Source: Candidatus Latescibacterota bacterium
GTDB taxonomy: Bacteria; Latescibacterota; UBA2968
Direction: 5' to 3'
Assembly: GCA_965198115.1 (NCBI GenBank)
Contig: OZ240241.1
Location: 6,848,001-6,912,000, forward strand
DNA: 64,000 bases
Below are positions 56,511 to 64,000 of the stretch, one piece after another (the stretch's first letter is position 1; the number at the start of each line of letters is the position of its first letter). The notes below the pieces were generated by a model. That model was not told the DNA's origin, did no database searches, and saw only the letters and a list, made by a program, of their open reading frames with translations. The position numbers were made by a program, and so were the translations under genes.

Positions 56511-58307
56511 TCAGCCGATTACGGCGAGGACGTCGCCCCCGGCGACTTGATCGCCCTCGGCGACCGGGATGGATTGGACGGTTCCCGCAAAGGGTGAGGT
56601 GATCTGCATTTCCATCTTCATCGCTTCCAGCACGAGCAGGACATCCCCCTCGTTGATGACCGCTCCCGGACTGGAGAGGATGTGAAGGACTCGGCCGGGC
56701 ATTTCGGCGCGTACGTCCTGGCCCGATCCACCGGAGGAAGAGCCCTGTTGCGATGGAGCGTCAGCGGCTTCGAGCGCGACGGCGTAACGACGACCGTCGA
56801 CCGTTGCCGAGTTGCCGTCGACGGTCAGAGCAAAGGTTCGTCCGTCGACGGTGACCGTGTAGCTCGCCGGGCCGCCGCTTGGCGTCGTTGGTTGTGTTTC
56901 CTTTTCGATCTTGCGAACACCGATTTCGCCCTCGCCTTTGAGGAAGGCGAGGCCTTTTTCTTTGCACGCTGCGGCGATGAAGATGTTTTCGTCGGATTCT
57001 TCGAGGTTGGCTTCACGAAGCTGGGCGCGAGCGGCTTCGACACCTTTGGCGGGATCCGCGTCGTTGCGTTCGAGGGGTGGTTGATCGGTCGGTTCGAGTT
57101 GGAGTTGCTCGGCCGCGATCTTCACGACTTCGGAATCGGGCGCTACCGGTGTCTTTCCGAAATAGCCCAGAACCATCTGCCCGTAGGGCTCGGCGATGCG
57201 CTCCCACGGACCGAACATCACATTGTTGAAGGCCTGCTGGAAGTAGAACTGGGAAACCGGGGTGACGGAGGTGCCAAAGCCACCCTTCCGAACGACCTCG
57301 CTCATCGATCGGATCATTTCGGGATACCGGTCCATAATGCCGTTGTCGCGCAGCATCTGCGTGTTGGCGGTGAGCGCACCGCCGGGCATTGGACTCCAGG
57401 GGATTAGGGGCTCGACGGCCGTGGCCTCGGGGGGGAGGAAGTAGTCGGCCATGCACTCTTTAAACACCTCTTCGGCCTCCCGGACCTTGTCGATGTCGAT
57501 GTCGATGTCGAGATCGTAGCCCGATCCGCGCAGGGCGTGCCACATCACAAGGATATCGGGCTGGCAGGTCCCACCCGAGCAGGGCGCGAGAGACAGGTCG
57601 ATGGCGTCGGCACCGGCGTCGAGGGCGGCGAGGTTGGCCTGAACGGAGATGCCCGCGGTTTCGTGCGTGTGGAAGTGAATGAAAGTGCCGTCGGGGAGGA
57701 TCTGGCGTGCGCGCTTGATGGACTCGTGGACCTTCGAGGGCACGGCCGTTCCCGAAGCATCTTTGAAACAGACCGAGTCGTAGGGTATGCCGGCGTCGAG
57801 GATGCCGCGGAGGGTCTTTTCGTAAAAGTCGGCGTCGTGTGCGCCCTCACAGCCCGGCGGGAGTTCCATCAGGGTGACACAGACCTGATGTTTGAGCCCC
57901 GCTTCGACGATGCACTGACCGCTGTAGATGAGGTTGTTGACGTCGTTGAGCGCGTCGAAGTTCCGTATGGTGGTGATGCCGTGCTTCTTGAAGAGCTGCG
58001 CGTGCAGCCGAACGATGTCGCTGGACTGCGATTCGAGACCGACGACGTTCACGCCACGTGCGAGGGTCTGGAGGTTCGCGTCTTCACCGACTTTCTCGCG
58101 GAAGGCGTCCATCATGTCGAAGGCGTCTTCGTCGCAGTAGAAGTAAAGAGACTGGAATCGAGCACCGCCACCGGCCTCGAAGTAGTCGATCCCGGCGTTT
58201 TGGGCCGCTTCGAGGGCAGGCAGGAAGTCGTTGGTGAACACGCGGGCGCCGTAAGCGGACTGGAAGCCATCACGGAAGGCGGTACACATAAAGGAGACTT
58301 TTTTCAC
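56511..58307 (-). CDS. oadA: Oxaloacetate decarboxylase alpha / pyruvate carboxylase B-type subunit (carboxyltransferase plus biotin carrier)
   Basis: FRDGFQS, FDALND, FKD, HTH, PGG, VTPVSQ, EAMKM. Confidence 0.85.
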   Translation of the reverse strand: MKKVSFMCTAFRDGFQSAYGARVFTNDFLPALEAAQNAGIDYFEAGGGARFQSLYFYCDEDAFDMMDAFREKVGEDANLQTLARGVNVVGLESQSSDIVRLHAQLFKKHGITTIRNFDALNDVNNLIYSGQCIVEAGLKHQVCVTLMELPPGCEGAHDADFYEKTLRGILDAGIPYDSVCFKDASGTAVPSKVHESIKRARQILPDGTFIHFHTHETAGISVQANLAALDAGADAIDLSLAPCSGGTCQPDILVMWHALRGSGYDLDIDIDIDKVREAEEVFKECMADYFLPPEATAVEPLIPWSPMPGGALTANTQMLRDNGIMDRYPEMIRSMSEVVRKGGFGTSVTPVSQFYFQQAFNNVMFGPWERIAEPYGQMVLGYFGKTPVAPDSEVVKIAAEQLQLEPTDQPPLERNDADPAKGVEAARAQLREANLEESDENIFIAAACKEKGLAFLKGEGEIGVRKIEKETQPTTPSGGPASYTVTVDGRTFALTVDGNSATVDGRRYAVALEAADAPSQQGSSSGGSGQDVRAEMPGRVLHILSSPGAVINEGDVLLVLEAMKMEMQITSPFAGTVQSIPVAEGDQVAGGDVLAVIG

Positions 58308-58332
58308 GGCTCGACTCTTGGATTGGGTGTGT

Positions 58333-59460
58333 TCACTTGACGAGTACGGACCAGAGGATGCCGGCTGCGATAGCCGACCCGATGACGCCGGCGACGTTGG
58401 GCGCCATCGCGTGCATCAGGAGATAGTTTTGAGGATCTTCGCGTTGCCCGATCATCTGTACGACACGGGCGGAATCCGGGACCGCCGACACGCCAGCCGC
58501 TCCGACGAGCGGATTGATCTTCTCTTTGAGGAACAGGTTCATGAATTTGGCGAAGAGCAATCCACCAGCCGTGGCGATGGCGAAGGATACGGCCCCGAGA
58601 CCGAAGATGAGCAACGACTGGGGTCGAAGAAACGTGTCGGCCTGCGTACTCGCGCCGACGCTGAAGCCAAGAAGAATCGTGACGATGTCGATGAGAGACT
58701 CACGGGCCGTTTCGGCGAGGCGGTCGGTCACGCCGCTTTCCTTCATCAAGTTCCCGAAGAAGAGCATTCCGAGAAGGGCGATGGAGCCGGGGGCGATGAG
58801 GGCTGCGATCAGGAAGGCGGCGATCGGGAAGATGATGCGCTCCCGCTTGCTCGTGGCACGCGGCTCCCTCATTCGGATGAGACGTTCCTCTTTAGTCGTG
58901 AGGAGCATCATTACCGGGGGCTGGATGACCGGCACGAGCGCCATGTAGGAATAGGCCGCGATGGCGATGGCCCCGAGGAGGTGCGGCGCCAGCTTGGCTG
59001 ACAGGAAAATGGCCGTCGGACCGTCGGCTCCGCCGATGATGCCGATGGCGGCGGCCTCTTCGGGTTCGAACCCGATGTAAAGAGCGCCGATCAGGGTGAG
59101 GAAGATGCCGATCTGGGCGGCGGCGCCGAGCAGGACAAGCTTGGGGTTCGACAGCATCGTCGAAAAGTCGGTCATGGCGCCGATGCCCAGGAAAATCAGG
59201 GGTGGAAAGATGCCCTGGCTCACGCCGAAGTAGATGTAGTTGAGCACGCTGCCCACGTCGTAAACACCGAGCGCCATACTCTTGATGTGGGGGATGTTGC
59301 CCACGATGACGCCGAATCCGATCGGAAGCAGGAGGAGGGGCTCGTAGTGCCGGGTAATGGCCAGGGTGATGAAGACGATGCCGATGACGATCATCACGAG
59401 GTTGCCGAGCGTCATCTGGGCAAACCCGGTCGTACCGAGAAAGTCGGTCAGCACGTTCAC
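58333..59460 (-). CDS. oadB: Na+-translocating decarboxylase beta subunit
   Basis: YEPLLLLPIGFG, IGIIGGADGPTAI, AYSYMALVP, GVSAVP, HAMAPNVAGVIGSA. Confidence 0.95.
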   Translation of the reverse strand: MNVLTDFLGTTGFAQMTLGNLVMIVIGIVFITLAITRHYEPLLLLPIGFGVIVGNIPHIKSMALGVYDVGSVLNYIYFGVSQGIFPPLIFLGIGAMTDFSTMLSNPKLVLLGAAAQIGIFLTLIGALYIGFEPEEAAAIGIIGGADGPTAIFLSAKLAPHLLGAIAIAAYSYMALVPVIQPPVMMLLTTKEERLIRMREPRATSKRERIIFPIAAFLIAALIAPGSIALLGMLFFGNLMKESGVTDRLAETARESLIDIVTILLGFSVGASTQADTFLRPQSLLIFGLGAVSFAIATAGGLLFAKFMNLFLKEKINPLVGAAGVSAVPDSARVVQMIGQREDPQNYLLMHAMAPNVAGVIGSAIAAGILWSVLVK

Positions 59461-59741
59461 GACGAACCCCGTCCGGGCGCGGTTCCGCCCCTTTGGTGAA
59501 GGGCGATTCCGATGGCTGCGACGACGGCCGGATCGGCGGTGGTGTCACCGGCAGGAGCGGGGTCCGGAGGTTCGGGAAAGCGATGGCTGATCGCGGCGAG
59601 CGCCCTGGGGAGAACGGCAATGAAGCTGCTGATCAGAACGAGGGCGGAAAAAACAATGAGCATTCCAGTGATGGCAATGCTGATCCCCTGGCCGTCGACG
59701 ACATTTTGGAAGTTGTATTGGAGTTCCAACGACGCTCCCAC
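59457..59741 (-). CDS. oadG: Na+-translocating decarboxylase gamma subunit
   Basis: TM helix GMLIVF..L, Pro/Ala linker, VVAAI..ALH. Confidence 0.85.
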   Translation of the reverse strand: MGASLELQYNFQNVVDGQGISIAITGMLIVFSALVLISSFIAVLPRALAAISHRFPEPPDPAPAGDTTADPAVVAAIGIALHQRGGTAPGRGSS

Positions 59742-59802
59742 TCGAGCCCACAGCTGAAAACGAAGGGCCTAATTTACAGCCAGGCGGATCGACGGGCAAG
59801 TT

Positions 59803-62218
59803 TCAGGGGGCCGATGGGGGGTCTTTGGCACGTAGATCGTGCAACTCGATGGCCGGGCCGACGAGGTCGAGAAGATGGGTAGGATGGATGATAGGCTTCT
59901 GCATGTGGAAGTCGAAGAGGCGAAGTCGCGTGTCCGCTTCTTGTAGGGTCCCATCCCGTCAGAAGAACCGTCGTGAGGGCAGGGTCGACTTCCTTCATCC
60001 GTTTGGCCACCCTGTCGCCGGTCCACTCCGGCATCCCGAGATCGATGAGCGCCACGTCGAAACGTTTCTTCCCCAGGAGTTCGATGGCTTCCCAGCCGCC
60101 CCTTGCCGCTTCGACATCGTGGTAAGAATCGAGCATCGCCCTGACGACCGACCGACCGATATCCTCGTCGTCGACGACGAGTACACGGCCCCTCCGCGTA
60201 GCTGCCCGGTCCGTTTCCGTCGCTACGGGGGGCGACTCTTCCCCGTCCCAGACAGGCAGGTGAAGGGTGAATGTCGTGCCCTCGTCGGGTGTGCTCTGAA
60301 GCTCGACGCGGCCTCCCCAACTCGAGATGGTTCCGTAAACGGTCGAAAGGCCCAGCCCGGTCCCTACGTCGGCTTTTGTGGTGAAGAAGGGCTCGAACAC
60401 TCGACGCTGGGTTTCTTCGTTCATTCCGATGCCCGTGTCTTGCACGATCACACGAACTTCGTTCTGATCGTGGACCGTCGTGAGGTGGATGGTACCCCCT
60501 CGTGGCATCGCGTCGATCGCGTTGAACAGGAGATTCATCACGATGTCGTGCAGACCGGATTCGGTGGCGGCGATGGGAGGTACGTCGGGCAGATCTGTGT
60601 GGACCTCGATTCGGATTCCCTGCAGCTCGGGTTCATCGTGCCATCTCGGACGCGTGGCCTGGACGACGTCTTCGATCACAGGACCCGGATCGACCGCGCG
60701 CGTGTGTTCGGCGCTGCCTTTGATCGACCGATCGAGGCGATGAATGAGGTCTCTGGCGCGTGAGGCCGAGCGATGGATGAGGCTGGCATCCTCCTTGACC
60801 TGAGGGTTGCCTGTCGTATCGCGAAGGAGGGCGGCCGGGCCGAGGATGCCGGTCAGGATGTTGTTGAGGTTGTGGCTGATCCCGGCTGTCATCTCGCCTA
60901 ACGCTCGCAGCCGCTCTAGACGGACGAGCTCTTGTTCGGTCTTCTTGCGATCGGTGATGTCGTATGACAAGATGTGTGCACCCACGACTTCGTCGTCTTC
61001 GATCAGTGGCGAGATACGAGCGAAATACCAGCCGTAATCACCACCTGCGACGATGGCTTTTACTTCAAGCTGTCGGTCTTTGTTGTTGTTGATGACGTCT
61101 TCGAAGGTCCTGGTCACTCGATCGCGATCCTCGGGAGCCACCAGATCTCGGAGGTCAGAGCCGATGGTCTGCTCCAGTGTTCTGCCTGGTGCCGAGTGGT
61201 TGATGAACTGAATTCGGGCATCCAGATCGACGGTGATGATGACGTCCCTGACGTTTTCGACGAGCTGACGCCACTCCCGTTCCGACTCCGACAGAGCCTC
61301 CAGGTCCGCAAGACGTGCCAGTCCGACCGAAAACAGATCGGCCACTTGTTCGAGTTCGTCCCGATCGACTTCGATGAACGCGTGTGGTTCGGTACTGTGG
61401 ACGGAAACAACCCCTAAATTGAACGGCACGTCGTAGCAACTGGCGATTATGAGTCCGGCGAATTTCCTGCGGAAGCGTTCACGACCCTCACCGACGATCT
61501 CGTTGATCAGGTAGGGTTTCCGTGTTGCCCAGACACGGACCAGGTGTCGTGCTCGCCTCTGGTGGGGGGGTTGAACAAGACCCTTCCTGTCAACACGATA
61601 GGTCTCCACTTCGTGTTTGGCGGGGTCGACGACACGATGGATGGCCATCGTGTCCGCTCGGATGCCGATTTTTCGCAGCTGATCGAGGCACACACACAGG
61701 ACGGTTTCAAGGTCATCGGGCCTGGCCATCTCCTGGATGACCTGGCTGATGCGAAGGAAGGCGCCCTGTCTCTGATTCTGTCGCTGGAGGAGTTGCTCCT
61801 TCGATTTTAGTTCCTCGATCGTCTTCCTATGTTCGGTAATATCCTGAAAGACTGTCACGAAGTAGCCGCGACCGGGAGAATAGGCGGAAACGGAGTACCA
61901 ACGCCCGAGATGTTCAGCGTACTGCTCAAAAGACGTGGACTCTCCTGTGCTGGCAACACGGCCATAGGTCCCGATCCAATCGAAATCAGAAGCGGAAATC
62001 TGGGGGAGGACTTCCGTAACGCGACAGCCGATCAGGGCTTCCCGCTTCAATCCCGTCAGCTTTTCAAAAGCGTCGTTGACCTGGAGGAAGATGTAGTCGA
62101 CCGGAACGCCGTCCGCGTCGAAGATCATCTTATGGTGAGCGGCGCCGACCGGCAGATGATCGAACAGCGTTCGGACCTGATGTTCGGAAGGAAGAGTTTG
62201 TGGGAGGTTGTGCGGCAT
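59803..62218 (-). CDS. Cytoplasmic hybrid sensor kinase (PAS-GAF-like-PAS-HisKA-HATPase-REC), frameshifted at about 59948
   Basis: GISHNLNNIL, NLLFNAIDAM, DTGIG, FEPFFTTK, GTGLGL; REC tail FDFHMQKP in the shifted frame. Confidence 0.88.
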
Positions 62219-62349
62219 CACGAATGTATAAAGTGAGCCGGCCCCCCCTAAAAGTCCACTCCATTTACATCCTCGAGTTGCCTTCCGATGCGCGCTCGGT
62301 TACCTTCGCTCCGTTCTGAATCTACGATGAAGACAACATAGGAGACTTC

Positions 62350-63123
62350 GTGGCGCGTTTGATCTGGGTAGGGATGCTGGTCGGTATTGTCGGCGGCTGT
62401 GATCTGAGAGATCAGTATGGGGCGTTCGGGGATGTCGTATTCGTGACGCCGGGTGTGTTGAATATGCGAGAGGGACCGTCGACACGGTCCGCAGTCGTAC
62501 GCAGACTCGAACGTGGGCAGGAACTTGGCGTTCTGTCGCGGAACGGCAAATGGGTGAACGTGAGATTGCCAGATCGCGTCGAGGGATGGGTCCACGGCGA
62601 CTACATCGGGAGTGCTGCCGACGTGCGGGCTCGTTTCGAGCGGGACCTAAAAAGTCGCAGGCCCTCACGCTCCCAGCCGGCGCGGACACGATCGCCCAGG
62701 GCGCCCACGGATGCGAAGGGGATCGGACGATCGATCGACGATCTGGGTTTGGGGCTGTGGCACGAAATCGAAGAACTGGATCCGCTCGACGGAATCGAAC
62801 GCCGGATGTCTATCATCGAGGACGGTCAGCTCGTGGCGGAGTTCTGGGGGAACCCCGAGGATCTGAATCGTGCAACGCTGCTGGTGAGGGTGCGTGGCGA
62901 GGATGTTGACCTGGACAGGAACGCGGGGATCGCGCGACTATTCGTTCGGAATGCAATGCCCGGGCTGGATCGAGACAATGCGTGGATGCACGCCAAGCTG
63001 CTCGAACTGTCGAGCAAGGATGTGGGTGAGGGCACGCTCAAGACAACACACCGGCAGGTGAGCTTTTACTTCATCAAGGCGCTGGGTAGCGTCCGTATTA
63101 CGGTGGAAACTCCGTCTGTGTAG
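62350..63123 (+). CDS. SH3b-domain lipoprotein
   Basis: Lipobox VGGC; LNMREGPST..VV..L.RG, WVNVRL, EGWVHGDYI; AGGAG RBS. Confidence 0.8.
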   Translation: MARLIWVGMLVGIVGGCDLRDQYGAFGDVVFVTPGVLNMREGPSTRSAVVRRLERGQELGVLSRNGKWVNVRLPDRVEGWVHGDYIGSAADVRARFERDLKSRRPSRSQPARTRSPRAPTDAKGIGRSIDDLGLGLWHEIEELDPLDGIERRMSIIEDGQLVAEFWGNPEDLNRATLLVRVRGEDVDLDRNAGIARLFVRNAMPGLDRDNAWMHAKLLELSSKDVGEGTLKTTHRQVSFYFIKALGSVRITVETPSV

Positions 63124-63148
63124 ATGCGGCCACGGTCTGGACGTGAAC

Positions 63149-63179
63149 AGGGGGACGATCCTCAGGATCGTCCCCCTTT
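63149..63179. terminator. Rho-independent terminator between convergent genes
   Basis: Perfect 13-bp stem agggggacgatcc-tca-ggatcgtccccct. Confidence 0.8.
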
Positions 63180-63213
63180 GCTATGCCGGCGGGCAAATTG
63201 ATCGGGCAATGAA

Positions 63214-64000
63214 TTACTTTTTCTCGGCTGGCTCCTCATCGACGACCTCGAAATCAGCGTCGACAGCGCCTTCCTTCTTATCGTCCGAAGTCTGACCCGG
63301 GTCGCCCTCCGATGGTCCTGGCCCCGCCTCGGGGTCTGCACCCGGGGGTGGCTGTTCGGCCGAAGCCTGCTGGTAGAGCTCGCTTGCCACCTGGTGCCAC
63401 GTTTGTGTCAAGGCGTCGGTCGCGGATTTGATCTCGTCGGAGTTTTCGCCTTTCAGCACTTCCTTCACCTTGTCGACGGCGCCCTGGACCTGTGTCCGTG
63501 CGTCGTCACTGATCTTTTCCTTCATTTCTTCGAGCTGCTTCTCGGTCTGGTAGACCTGCTGGTCGGCCTGGTTGCGGACTTCGATCGACTCACGTCGCGA
63601 CTTGTCTTCGGCCGCGTGTGACTGTGCATCGTTGACCATCTTGTCGATCTCTTCGTCGGACAAACCGGACGAAGCCTCGATCCGGATGTTCTGCTCTTTC
63701 TCGGTGGCCTTGTCTTTGGCGGAAACGTTCATAATGCCGTTCGCGTCGATGTCGAAACTGACCTCGACCTGTGGCATCCCGCGTGGAGCAAGTGGAATGC
63801 CGTCGAGATGAAAGCGTCCGATCGTGCGGTTATCGACGGACATTTCGCGTTCGCCTTGGAGGACGTGAATCTCCACGGACGTCTGATTGTCCGCGGCTGT
63901 TGAAAAGACCTCGGTCTTTTTCGTTGGAATCGTGGTATTCCGATCGATGAGCTTGGTCATCACACCGCCGAGGGTTTCGATCCCCAGCGAAAGTGGTGTG
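63214..64000 (-). CDS. dnaK: Molecular chaperone DnaK (3' part; 5' end outside the window)
   Basis: [50 protein letters not shown]. Confidence 0.98.
   Translation of the reverse strand, partial: TPLSLGIETLGGVMTKLIDRNTTIPTKKTEVFSTAADNQTSVEIHVLQGEREMSVDNRTIGRFHLDGIPLAPRGMPQVEVSFDIDANGIMNVSAKDKATEKEQNIRIEASSGLSDEEIDKMVNDAQSHAAEDKSRRESIEVRNQADQQVYQTEKQLEEMKEKISDDARTQVQGAVDKVKEVLKGENSDEIKSATDALTQTWHQVASELYQQASAEQPPPGADPEAGPGPSEGDPGQTSDDKKEGAVDADFEVVDEEPAEKK

Noticed and set aside
12600-59960. Programmed ribosomal frameshifting at the frame breaks
   Set aside because: No consistent slippery heptamers or stimulatory structures were seen, and the affected families are not known to use it.
59825-60763. 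Long antisense or alternate-frame ORFs (for example 59825-60763, 53229-54083, 5915-6721, 57537-58340)
   Set aside because: Shadow ORFs typical of GC-rich coding DNA, overlapping well-supported genes and lacking motifs.

Overview
GC-rich bacterial chromosomal segment of about 50 CDS, dominated by catabolic enzymes of unknown specificity: five PhyH-type Fe(II)/2-oxoglutarate oxygenases, four amidohydrolases, two enolase-superfamily enzymes, several beta-propeller glycosidase/lyase-like proteins, a sulfatase, a GH4, rhaM, the RuMP pair hxlAB and an orphan N,N-dimethylformamidase large subunit. The right end holds a two-component cluster interrupted by a Na+-pumping decarboxylase operon (oadG-B-A) and the 3' part of dnaK. 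The gene content resembles marine or sponge-associated Latescibacterota/Poribacteria-type genomes (inference only). Mobile DNA: two near-identical 1420-bp ISL3 copies (one with an 8-bp TSD that fuses the GH4 gene to IS sequence, one without a TSD beside a truncated gene) and one IS630 inserted at a stop codon. Many intergenic gaps carry 7-9-nt tandem micro-arrays and REP-like hairpins, some nested in each other and some directly abutting start codons. About ten genes have 1-nt frameshifts, most likely long-read consensus errors. No rRNA, tRNA or CRISPR array was recognised. Best leads: the nested micro-repeat system, a PhyH protein with a halogenase-like HxA motif, and a stand-alone secreted chlorinase/fluorinase C-terminal domain.
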